Assembly: GCF_001194135.2 (NCBI RefSeq)
Contig: NC_068989.1
Coordinates: 28,340,179 to 28,375,049 of the forward strand
DNA from: Octopus bimaculoides
Taxonomy: Eukaryota
Direction: 5' to 3'
DNA length: 34,871 nt
Positions 1 through 12,329 of the stretch are shown in pieces. A program made the translations under genes and the position numbers. The notes under the pieces are model-generated. The model did no database searches. It was not told the DNA's origin and was given only the letters and a program-made list of their open reading frames with translations. The stretch's first letter is position 1, and every line of letters begins with the position of its first letter.

Positions 1-394
1 ATATATATATATATATATATATATATACAAGTGAATATATGCGTGTGTATATATACATATGCTGGTCACTGATAAAATTCATTAATTTTAATGATTTTAT
101 CCTTTAATTAAGTTTATATACATACATTCGTACGTATGTACACACGAATACTTGTACCTGCTTCTTCTATCATTTCTTTCCACTTAGCCTTATCCAATAA
201 TATGTACTTTCTATACATTCGATATAATGTGACAAATCATCTTATATGAAATACTAAACTCTTGGTCATTGAAATCCATGGGCTGGTACCAATTGCCGGT
301 GGAAGCCAGTTTAATTCAATATGAGTTTTGTACCTATTTAGAAAAGCTTAAATCCTATTCTTCTCTGCACTAAATCTGTGACCTGAAACCTTTG

Positions 395-720
395 TTCAGA
401 GTTTAGTCCCACTGCGTGGCACCTTGGGCGAGTGTCTGCTACTATAACCTCGAACCGACCAAAGCCTTGTGAACGGATTTGGTTGACGAAACTGAAAGAA
501 GCCCGTCGTATATATCTGTATATATTTATGTGTGTGTGTTTGTGTCTATATTTGTCTCCCCACCCATCGCTTGACAACCGATGCTGGTGTGTCTACGAAG
601 AGACCGTTCGAATAAGTACAAGGCTTACAAAGAATAATTCCAAGGCTCGATTTCTTCGACTAAAAAGGCGATGCTCCAGCATGGCCCCTGTCAAATGACT
701 GAAACAAGTAAGATAATAAA
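395..720 (+). mobile_element. tRNA-derived CORE-like SINE (family A), 5'-truncated with an internal deletion
   Basis: B-box-like gtttagtccc, CORE-like caccttgggcgagtgtct, and the shared body atcgcttgacaaccgatgctggtg...gctccagcatggcc...tcaaatgactgaaacaagta that recurs at 6853, 7525, 30720, 32220 and 32485. Confidence 0.85.
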
Positions 721-727
721 AATACAC

Positions 728-788
<61 letters not shown>

Positions 789-1010
789 NNNNNNNNNNNN
801 NNNNNNNNNNNNNNNNNNNNNNNNNNNNNNNNNNNNNNNNNNNNNNNNNNNNNNNNNNNNNNNNNNNNNNNNNNNNNNNNNNNNNNNNNNNNNNNNNNNN
901 NNNNNNNNNNNNNNNNNNNNNNNNNNNNNNNNNNNNNNNNNNNNNNNNNNNNNNNNNNNNNNNNNNNNNNNNNNATACATACATACATACACATGCATAC
1001 AGTAACAGTA

Positions 1011-1264
1011 CCAGATAGTATTGTTTACATGCCAACATATCGTGGTAGTCCTGTAAAGACCAATGTTACTATTGTCTTAGCCCCAGGAAAACATCTCTTC
1101 CAGTCTGTGTCCGTATATAGCATTTCATGTGTGTGTGTGTGTGTATGTGTGTGCATTGAGAACGCATGCATGGTGGAGTAATTAAGAAATTCGTTTCGCA
1201 GCCCGCGGTCTCAGTGCCAGATAGTAATGTTTATATGCCAACATTACGTGTCAGTCCTATAAAG
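1011..1264 (+). repeat. Two diverged 48-bp direct repeats (1011-1058, 1217-1264), probably decayed SINE-like copies in tandem
   Basis: ccagatagtattgtttacatgccaacat... vs ccagatagtaatgtttatatgccaacat..., about 41/48 identical by eye; the second is preceded by a decayed tRNA-like head. Confidence 0.6.
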
Positions 1265-2793
1265 GACGATAGCATAATGAGTCAGTGTTGTTTATTTATT
1301 ATAATTTCGAGTCGATATAAGCCTTCTGAGTGAAATTAGAGAAGCGAAAACTGAGTAGAAGCCGTCATATGGACTGCACTTTTAATTTAAAGGGTCAGAC
1401 ATACCATACTGTGTATTTCAGCTTAAGGATTACAACTTAAGAATACAACTATCTTTGGAATACAGAGTCACTTTCGAACTAATTTAAAAAGTTGAACGAA
1501 TGACAAATATTCACTATCGAAATTGAAGGAAATATATTTACGTTTTACGTGTGCCTATCCGTGTCTATGTGTGTGGGTGTGGATGTGGGTCTGGGTGCGA
1601 GTGTATTTGCGTGTGTATATCTGCAGTTTTAAGGGTATTTGTATATGTCTGTAAATGTGTAGTGTGTGTGTGTGTGTCTGTGTGTAAGTGCGTGTGTGTG
1701 TGTAAGTGCGTGCAAGTGTAATTGAGTGTGTAAATACGTTTTGTATGTTTATTTGTGTGTTACTGTTTGGACATCAAGCAGATTCCAGACATCGATGATA
1801 ACTTCTGTCCCAAAACGTCCACTCACATACAAGTAATCCATAACCGAGTCTTTCTACTTCGCTGTCATTGTGACTGTTGTCATGTCATTTCTCTTGATAC
1901 TATTATCGTTGTTTCATTTTGATTTCGATATTGCTGTAGTTACATTAGTAGTTGTTGTTGTTCCAATGTTGTTAATCTTATTATTGTTATTATTCTACCA
2001 ATGGAATTTTACCGAAATGTTGACAAATGATAAATTTTCCTCCAGATAACAGACAGTCTTTTTCAGAGCCGTCGAGGCATTATATTAATAATCTCTATTT
2101 ATGACTTCAAAAATTTATTTTCACTAATCTATATGTGTACGTGTATGTGTGTTTGTGTGTATGTGTGAGTTTGTGTGTATGTGTGTGAGTTTGTGTGTAT
2201 GTGTGTGTGTATGTGTGTCTGTGTGTATGTGTGTGTACGCGTGTGTGTAAATACCAATATTTTCAGATATGTATGTATATATCTGTGTACATGCTTTGAA
2301 GTCTTAGTCTATTCATTATTTATTAAATACTATATATGATATATAGAAAGAAAGGAAAAGAGAGAGAGAGAGAATGTGCGTATGTCTATTCTATAACAAT
2401 ATGCGTACGTACAGATGATTATATACAACTCTATACGCATGTGTANNNNNNNNNNNNNNNNNNNNNNNNNNNNNNNNNNNNNNNNNNNNNNNNNNNNNNN
2501 NNNNNNNNNNNNNNNNNNNNNNNNNNNNNNNNNNNNNNNNNNNNNNNNNNNNNNNNNNNNNNNNNNNNNNNNNNNNNNNNNNNNNNNNNNNNNNNNNNNN
2601 NNNNNNNNNNNNNNNNNNNNNNNNNNNNNNNNNNNNNNNNNNNAGAGAGAGAGAGAGAGATGCACTTGCATAGCAAGTGACCTGATCTGAGATCGTGTGC
2701 TGGAACGAAAACAATTGCAGCGTGGAAGGTGTTTATAAGCCATTTAAAATAACACACAAAATCCGTTAGATTCACTTCAACATTTAAATTTAA

Positions 2794-2844
2794 TTTGTCA
2801 AAATATTTTCGTCGCTTTGAGACCGCGACCTGTTCACTGACAAA
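2794..2844 (-). ncRNA. Candidate minimal type I hammerhead ribozyme (G3-C8 core variant) within a short repeat-like element (~2660-2850)
   Basis: Minus strand reads UUUGUCA GUGAACA G GUCGC ggucucaaa GCGAC GAA AAUAUU U UGACAAA: 7-bp stem I, 5-bp stem II with G10.1-C11.1, GAAA, palindromic stem III and an NUH site. Activity is untested. Confidence 0.6.
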
Positions 2845-3068
2845 ATTCTTAATAATTACTACTGCGCACTCTACTACTATTACTATCACTTCCCTGTCTA
2901 TCTCTCTCCTTCTCTTGTTCTTCATCCTTTCTGTTTTTCTCTCTTAACCCTTCCCTATTCTTCTCTTCCTTTCATCGTTCCCTCTCTCTCACTCCTCCTC
3001 CTTGACCCTCTCGTCGCTGACACATGCGAAAGGGATTCTTTCTTTCTATTTTCTGCCTTCCTAAAGAG

Positions 3069-3308
3069 AAGACGTGATTTTTTGTCTGTCATTCACATCG
3101 TCTTGGCCTAGCAGCCCTTACCGTTTGTTTTCACTGGTCTGTTTTGTTTTTACTGTCTTTTACTGTCTTATTCTCACTGTCCTGTTCTTGTTTACACTTT
3201 CACCCTCCGCAATAAATTCCAAATTATATTAATTTGCTTTGCGGGAAGGGCTGTTCCAACGAAGTCGCGTATTGTCCTAGCCTTCGGAACGCGGAGTAGA
3301 TGGAACAG
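3069..3308. repeat. Cluster of three hairpins, probably the terminus or UTR of an unidentified mobile element
   Basis: Stems aagacgtga/tcacatcgtctt (3069-3104), ccctccgcaa/ttgcgggaaggg (3203-3250) and ctgttcca/tggaacag (3251-3308) with inner tcgcgt/acgcgg. Confidence 0.4.
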
Positions 3309-3547
3309 GGACAACTGAAGAAGGGAAATAATCTTTATGTTGCATGTCTTGCTTCTCTGATTGTTTTATTTCGTTGTTCGAAAAAAAGTTCGTTTTCTGT
3401 CTTCGTCTTTATGTTTTCGTTTCTCATTGTGTTTAACGTTTTCTGTGATGTCCTGTACCCATATGTGCATGCCTGTATACATATAGATAGATGTAGATAT
3501 GTACATATATGTATGGATGTATGCATATATTTCTATATTATTTATGT

Positions 3548-4950
<1,403 letters not shown>

Positions 4951-6259
4951 TACATGTATGTATGTATATTTCGCTAGAGGTTTAACTTAATATAAAGACA
5001 TTTAGTTGTTAATGTTGTTGAGGCTACTTTCAAGACACTTATAGCAGTACAGAAAGTGTCAAAGTATGTGTGTATGCATGTATATTTATGTATGGTCGAG
5101 GTTGTATTTCTTTTATCAGCGCTATTCTCTTTAATATATTCTAATTAAGTTTGAGAATGTTTACGAATGAAATACATGTAAAGTGAATTTGTGTAAACAG
5201 AATAAATATTTTCATACATTGTTATAGCAGAGTAAAAGGTGAGAAAAATAAGCTTTTCTCCTCACAATTATTTATATCTTACAAAGGCAATATTCTAAGT
5301 TCCATAAGTCTCAGATTAGATTAAATTAACATCAAATAAAAACAAATTTCTCGAAACCTGAATGCCCTCTCCACACAATACCAATATTTGACAAGAGCTT
5401 TAAGTAAATAACATTATTTAGGATTCTACTAACACTCATGATGGCGAGTAAAATGCCTTTAGAAGATAACTAATGAAGTTATGAACATTTTGCTATATGC
5501 ATTAACACGTTGGACTTTGTAAGAAATTAATTGTGTCAATTTACACTAAGAAGAAATAACAGTCATTAGTAAGAAGCATCTCCATTATCAGATTCAGTAT
5601 TGATTAAGATAAAATATAGTTCTATGATATAAGTTTATGGACTATATGTATATAATGGTGATGAATAGAGGCCGTTTGTTTTTCTGAAATTTTATATACT
5701 TATGTTCATAAAACAAAAAGACAATACTATGGTGAATGTGAAATAAAAGAGGTTTAAGAACGGGAAGCTAAGCCTAACAAAACACTGATATATTATGTTT
5801 ACACTTTAAGAATTAAGAAATATTAAGACGTTTGAAGTAAATCATATTTAACGGTGGGACACCAAGTAGTTAAAGCTGTAAATAATAACGGGTAGAATAT
5901 TGGGTTTAAAAAGACCTTTGTCCCAAGTTCAAATTTCACTGATTTCAAATTTGAGTATATTTTTTCTGGAATCGATGATATAAAGTGCCAACCAGGTACT
6001 GGGTCGATATAATTGCCAGTTCCGACCGTCAAATTTGGGTTATAATACCTGTGTTATTCATTGTTTATTATACTTACCGACGGTACCTATTTACGGTTAG
6101 ATAAACTAAGTTTCAGAAAAAAATTCTTGTTTTTGTCTTTTGTAGAGAAGACACATCTACACCTAAATCAAATGTTTAGAATACCACCAGTGAGGGATCG
6201 ATGACAAATAGGTCGAAACGATTGTAGGGATCATATTCTGTCTCTCTCATTAATCGAAT

Positions 6260-6303
<44 letters not shown>

Positions 6304-6308
6304 GCACG

Positions 6309-6380
<72 letters not shown>

Positions 6381-6396
6381 TTAATTAGAGGATATA

Positions 6397-6787
6397 TTAA
6401 CCTCTTAAAGGCATGATTACATCCAAGAAAATAATGGTTCTATACCTTATATTTTGGGGAAATAAAATTTCCCTAAATCAACTGGTATATATTATGCATA
6501 TAATACGTATTCAATTAATAGAAGAAAAGAAAAGAAAATGGAAACTTGAAAGTTAATAATTATTTATTAATAAATTGATAATTCTTACTTCCTATAGTTG
6601 TTTCCATTTGTTCTCATTAAATAAATTACAAATTTATGCTTTAAATTTGCATTTATAAGATGTGAACAAAATATCATCAGGGAAAAAAGAAATGCGATAG
6701 AAGATTACATGCTGACATCTTAGTTTATGCCGGCAAACTAAATATATGGAGTTATTTTATTTCTATTTTTGTGTGCGCAAGGGTTAA
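6397..6787 (+). mobile_element. ~390-bp AT-rich repeat bounded by TTAA, possibly a piggyBac-type non-autonomous element; second inverted copy at 8237-8447
   Basis: TTAAcctctt...aagggTTAA ends. 6576-6765 matches the reverse complement of ~8258-8447 at roughly 89% by manual alignment. The superfamily call is weak. Confidence 0.5.
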
Positions 6788-6852
6788 CGGATTAATTTGA
6801 ATATAAGAAATAAAGTAAAATAAAAAAGGTAGAATAAGATAATATACATAGA

Positions 6853-7125
6853 CGCAGGAGTGGGTGTGGCAGGTAGCTTGCTTACCAACTACATAGTTCC
6901 GGGTTCAGTCCCACTGCGTTGCACCTTCTACTACAGTTTCTGTGTCTGTGTTTGTCCACTACCATCGCTTGACAACCGATGTTGGTGTCTTTACGTCCCC
7001 GTTACTTCGCGGTTCGGCAAAAACCGAGAGAATAAGTACTACGTTCACAAAGAATAAATCCTGGGGTCGATTTGCTCCAGCATGGCCGCAGTCAAATGAC
7101 TGAAACAAATAAAAGAATAAAAGAA
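6853..7125 (+). mobile_element. Family A SINE with the central region deleted
   Basis: tRNA-like head gcaggagtgggtgtggcaggtagc...gggttcagtccc and the shared family A 3' body with an A-rich tail. Confidence 0.88.
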
Positions 7126-7266
7126 TAAAATAAAATACAAGAAAAATAACGATAAAATGTATAAAATATAAAGTAAATACGATAAAAATTAAAATAAAAT
7201 ACATAGATAAAAGTCGAACAAAAATGGAATAAGGTAGGATAGAATATACATATATAGTGATAAATA

Positions 7267-7404
7267 TATATTTATATAAGGGCATTACTACAGAATAATC
7301 CCACACAAGACTTCCCAAATAAGCACATTTTAGTACTAAAATGTGTTTATTTGGGAAGTCCGTTGTGTGGCATTATTCTGTAGTAATGCCCTTATATAAA
7401 TATA
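7267..7404. repeat. 138-bp near-perfect loopless palindrome (MITE-like)
   Basis: Arms 7267-7334 and 7335-7404 meet at AGT|ACT, with one G-T wobble, one mismatch and one 2-nt bulge; flanked by TA-rich sequence. Confidence 0.9.
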
Positions 7405-7524
7405 AACGAATAATTATATTCTTGTAAAAGATTTTTATCCTATTTTGAATTTATTAATCAAATATATAGTGATAAATAAATATGTAAAAAAATATATGTA
7501 AAAGAAAGTACATAGATACATATA

Positions 7525-7830
7525 GACGCATGAGTGGCTGTGTGGTAAGTAGCTTGCNNNNNNNNNNCCTTGTGAGTGGATTTGGTAGACGGAAACTGAA
7601 AGAAGCCCGTCGCATATATGTATATACGTATATGTGTGTGTTTGTGTGTCTGTGTTTGTCCCCCAACATCGCTTGACAACCGATGCTGGTGTGTTTACGT
7701 CCCCGTAACTTAGCGGTTCGACAAAAGAGACCGATAGAATAAGTACTAGGCATCCAAAGAATAAGCCCTGGGGTCGATTTGCTCGACTAAAGGCCGCAGT
7801 CAAATGACTGAAACAAGTAAAAGAGTAAAG
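7525..7830 (+). mobile_element. Family A SINE, near full length, interrupted by a 10-N gap
   Basis: gcatgagtggctgtgtggtaagtagcttgc head, gtggatttggtagacggaaactgaaagaagcccgtcg middle, and the shared 3' body. Confidence 0.9.
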
Positions 7831-8236
7831 AGCATACATACAAACGCACACACTTATAGATATATACATGTAAGGAAAAATTAACATATAGGCTCTATGT
7901 ATGAATGAGTGCCCATTGGTTGGAGAAATTTACATTAGTTTACATGCATTTTAGAAAATATCTAATCATGACGGTTTCTCAATATATGCGTGTGCAGAAT
8001 TATATTGTAATAAAACACTCACAGTAATAATCGCATGCATATATATATATACGCACACACACACACATACACATTCATACACACACACATATGTATACAT
8101 ATATCTATATACATACGCATCTCTTTTGTTTCATATTTTATACGTTTTATTTTTCTTGTATATTACTTTGTTTATTATTTTATTTTATTCTACCTTATTT
8201 ATTTCACTTTCTGATTTTATAATGTTCAAATTAATG

Positions 8237-8447
8237 TTATACCTCACACATACAAAAATAAAAATAAAATAACTCCGTACATTTAGCCGGCTGATATGAA
8301 CTAATAGGTCAACATGTAATCTTCTATTGTATATCTTTTTCCCTGATGATATTTTATTCATATCTTATAAATGCAAATTTAAAGCATAAATTTGTAATTT
8401 ATTTAATGAGGACAAATGGAAACAGCTATAGAAAGTAAGAATTATCA
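8237..8447 (-). mobile_element. Inverted second copy of the 6397-6787 repeat, running into a gap
   Basis: Reverse complement aligns to 6576-6787 and includes a ~50-nt perfect run. Confidence 0.8.
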
Positions 8448-9157
8448 NNNNNNNNNNNNNNNNNNNNNNNNNNNNNNNNNNNNNNNNNNNNNNNNNNNNN
8501 NNNNNNNNNNNNNNNNNNNNNNNNNNNNNNNNNNNNNNNNNNNNNNNNNNNNNNNNNNNNNNNNNNNNNNNNNNNNNNNNNNNNNNNNNNNNNNNNNNNN
8601 NNNNNNNNNNNNNNNNNNNNNNNNNNNNNNNNNNNNNNNNNNNNNNNNNNNNNNNNNNNNNNNNNNNNNNNNNNNNNNNNNNNNNNNNNNNNNNNNNNNN
8701 NNNNNNNNNNNNNNNNNNNNNNNNNNNNNNNNNNNNNNNNNNNNNNNNNNNNNNNNNNNNNNNNNNNNNNNNNNNNNNNNNNNNNNNNNNNNNNNNNNNN
8801 NNNNNNNNNNNNNNNNNNNNNNNNNNNNNNNNNNNNNNNNNNTATATATATGTTCGGAGCTCGGAGCTGCTGCAGTTTCTCTCCATTGTTACTCCGAATT
8901 TATGACAAATAGGCATTCTTTCAGATATATACAAGGTTAACTGAAGAAATCATATAAGCTGGAAGTTCGGAATACTGATGGAGTAATTTTACAGCTTTGA
9001 ACGAATAAATGCACTTAACAAGATATGTGTATCTTCTAATTAGTATGTTCCTGCATGTACACCCAAACGTTTATTGATAGACAGATAGATAAATAGCCAG
9101 GCATTCAGTAACTGTTTATATTGATATATTCAGATTATATAAAATATATTCTTTCAG

Positions 9158-9226
9158 GTAAACACACTAGTGGATTGCAAGCGTTCCAATGTTCGTCTGA
9201 TTGGTGGGACCATTCGGCTGCTATAG
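9158..9226 (+). CDS. GPR158-like: Internal 69-bp exon of a GPR158/GPR179-family class C GPCR (end of ECL2, start of TM5)
   Basis: ctttcAG acceptor and GTagga donor, phase 1-1. Reads (G)KHTSGLQAFQCSSDWWDHSAAI(A), matching the family's C-x-x-D-x-W-D segment before TM5. Joins in frame to the 20757 exon (G|CC GAG = Ala-Glu). Confidence 0.88.
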   Translation, partial: VNTLVDCKRSNVRLIGGTIRLL

Positions 9227-10148
9227 GTAGGAAATCTGTTTGCAATTACTGTTTATTTTTATTTTGTGAAAACACTTCTTGGTACATTATTATTGATTTT
9301 AATTGAACATCTTTGATGACTTATTAAAAAACAACTTTCTATGTATGACATTGCTACTTTCACTGCATGACTAGTGTAAATATTTGTAAGTATTGAAGCG
9401 CACTATTATGTCAAACATTTCTAGCTATAGATACATGCATGTGTTTGGTGCTTTGTATATTTTATCTTTTGATTTCAGTTATTTGAATCTTTTCTATAAA
9501 GAAAGGAATGGATTGTAACGAAGAAACAAAGAAACAGGACGGAAATTATATAATAACAATGGTTATATGCCAAAACTTAGAAAAAGTGTTGCATACTTTT
9601 ACTGTTCTGCTACATATTGTATTGGTAACGGGCTTGCCAACTGGTCACTCGGTTTTATTGACAACCCAAGATTGTCGTGGAAGTAACACAGGTTACGAAT
9701 AATAATTTATGTATATATGTGTATGTATGTAGACATATGCTTGTATGTATGTATGTAGGCACCTATGCTTGTAAATTGGATGTATACGCACACGTGCATA
9801 TATGTACACATAATTGTTATCTGTCTTTTATAGAATATGTTGCATGAACTCTTTAAACATATGCTGGCATCTGTAAAAGATACATTAATAACACATTCAC
9901 GCATGTATTCCAGTAAATACTTATATGTAATTTAGACACTCAAAGAGGGCGCAGTTACACTCTTTACATTCACCGAACGCACAAATACAAGAATCTAATG
10001 AATATAACAACCAATCAAAATGTACGATAACAATTTAAGCACACCTTCGTGTGTTGTCACCATTTTTGTCCCAAGAAGCAATATATTCAGATGAAACAAT
10101 GGACCTCACCATTAGCTATTATATGATAGAGAATCTATTAGTTATGTA

Positions 10149-10224
10149 CCGGTTGCGAACTGGGGTCGATTTAATCGACTGGCCCTCTCCCCAAAAATTT
10201 CAGTCCTTGTGCCTAGAGTAGAAA
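10149..10224 (+). mobile_element. 5'-truncated family B SINE (76 bp) with a 19-bp TSD
   Basis: ctggggtcgatttaatcgact...atttcagtccttgtgcctagagtagaaa matches the 3' end of the 14887 copy. TSD agaatctattag(t/g)tatgta at 10130-10148 and 10225-10243. Confidence 0.85.
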
Positions 10225-10421
10225 AGAATCTATTAGGTATGTAAAACGGAATAATGAGCAAATAAATAATAATATACAGCACACAAATAATTAGCACTGG
10301 AATTATTTTACCTTAAGATTGCTCTAAATCTCTTTGGAATAGTAGATCGACTATTTCCAAGAAGAATTATTTTACGTTCTTTTGAACATTTACAAATTCT
10401 TGTGTGTGGGTGTGTGTGTGT

Positions 10422-10486
<65 letters not shown>

Positions 10487-11199
10487 GTTAGGCCTTTAAT
10501 AGCCAGGGGTCAATTTCATTTCAATCGTAGAAAGGAATTCAAATACATATCAGCCAATCCCTCTCACTCTCTCTTTCCCTTTCTCTCTCACTCTTTCTCT
10601 CGTTTGCTCGACACACGCATCAAATTTAAGTATCTTAATTTTGTCTTTCATAATATTGCCGCTTCGGTGGCCCAGTAGATATGGGTGTTGTGAAAGCGTA
10701 ATTCGCATGGCTGGTGGTTTCAAATCTCTTCCAGAGATTACAAGAGGCCGACTTGAAAATTTTCATTTAAGCAACAAAATTTCTTTCAACAATTTCTTTC
10801 TCTTAAGCCTGACACACGCGTCAGGTACGTACAAATTGGCGTATTGATACACATATATATATATTTCTAATATAAGGAAAAAATTTTCAAACAAAATCTT
10901 ATCTGTGGCCAGCATATTGAAATGCCTTTTAACATGAAAATTACAAACAATTATAAATAAGAGGAAAAGAAAAAAAAATTCTGTGCCAATATGCTGAAAA
11001 AACAAATTTAGATCATCTAACCACATACAATATTTTTCACTTTTCTACCCACGTTTTCGCCAATCGCTGCAATCCCCACTCCCTCCTTGCGCCTTGTTGT
11101 CAATACCTCATCGCGTATATTACGACTTTCATACCTCTTTCTTACTTATTCTACCATCACATCCTTGTTACTTGTGAGCATACCCTGGAACTTCATCTC

Positions 11200-11466
11200 T
11201 CTTTTGTTCTCTCTTATACTATTGCTATTTCCTACTCTCTCTCTCACTCTCTATCTCTCCCTTTCCCTTTCTCTTCCCTTTGACTGGGTAGCCATGTATC
11301 TCCTCTACAGCAGCCACTCTCTCCGCTTGTTTTACCTTTGACTAGGTAACCAAGTATCTCCTTTACATCAGCCCACCTGTTTCTGTCCTCTTTCTTGCAC
11401 CTCTCTCCCTCACTCTCTTCCTCTCTCTTCCTCTCCCTCTCTTTCTCTTCTCCCTCTCTATCTTTC

Positions 11467-11513
<47 letters not shown>

Positions 11514-11720
11514 GGTTACCATGTACTTCCTCTATAGTAAGACACCTATTTCTGCCACTCTATTTCTCTGTCATACTCTAACCTTTCATCATCTGATACC
11601 GAATCACCTCCTCCATTGCCTCCTCCTTTATAGCAATACACCAGTTTCTACCTCCCTGTCCCTCTGTCACAGTCTAACCTTTCATCCACTGACACAAATT
11701 CCCCTTCTCAAATAACCCTG
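11200..11720. repeat. Pyrimidine-rich tract with degenerate repeated units (tgactgggtaaccatgtatctcctctacagc-like) and (CT)n
   Basis: The unit recurs near 11281, 11340 and 11510; a ctaacctttcatc motif occurs twice. Confidence 0.65.
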
Positions 11721-11759
11721 CCCATCTCATAATTCCTTCTCTTGCGAGTTATTTGGTGA

Positions 11760-12005
11760 CCCTGCCAGTGTTGGTGCCAAGTTAAAAGCATCCAGTCCAT
11801 ACTGTAAAGTGGTTGGCATTTGTAAGGGTATTCAGGTCATGCCAAAACTAACTTCTCGGGTGCTAGTGCCATGTAAAAAGCACTGAATCCACTCTACAGA
11901 ACGGCTGGTGTTAGAAAGGGCATCCAGCCATAAAGCCCTGCCAAAACAGATGCAGAATCCTAAAGTAGTTTTCTACCGAGTTGGCTCCTGTCAACCATAC
12001 GCCAT
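11760..12005 (+). repeat. Interspersed repeat with an internal ~91-bp dimer, possibly a LINE or SINE 3' tail
   Basis: gtgccaagttaaaagca...aagggtattcagg (~11775-11840) vs gtgccatgtaaaaagca...aagggcatccagcc (~11866-11930). Family assignment is unverified. Confidence 0.45.
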
Positions 12006-12329
12006 ACACCACCATACCACACAACACCACATCACATCACATCACACCACCACGCACACACTAGCACTGACCACTTCCCAGCCCCACATCCACACACCTA
12101 CACATACACACACACACACGTCAAGGTCACCAGCCCTCTTCCACACGCACATACTGGCTCTCTTATACACACACACGATAGATATTAAATCTCACACCGA
12201 ATCTCTGGTCTCCGATCATGGAAAGAAATTTGAGGAACCAAACAGAAATCTAATAAGAATATTAATGTCATGAAAGCAACTAGAAAACGATTGATTATAC
12301 GTACAAAATTAATACCGAAGAAAAACTTT

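Noticed and set aside
6181-6240. Hammerhead-like relic (ccagtga..gatc/ggtc..gaaac..gta)
   Set aside because: Core positions U4, G5 and A6 are altered and stem I does not pair. At most a dead remnant.
6397-8843. A single foldback element with long TIRs centred on the 7267-7404 palindrome
   Set aside because: The palindrome is off-centre even after removing the SINE insertions, and both arms end at the same element boundary.
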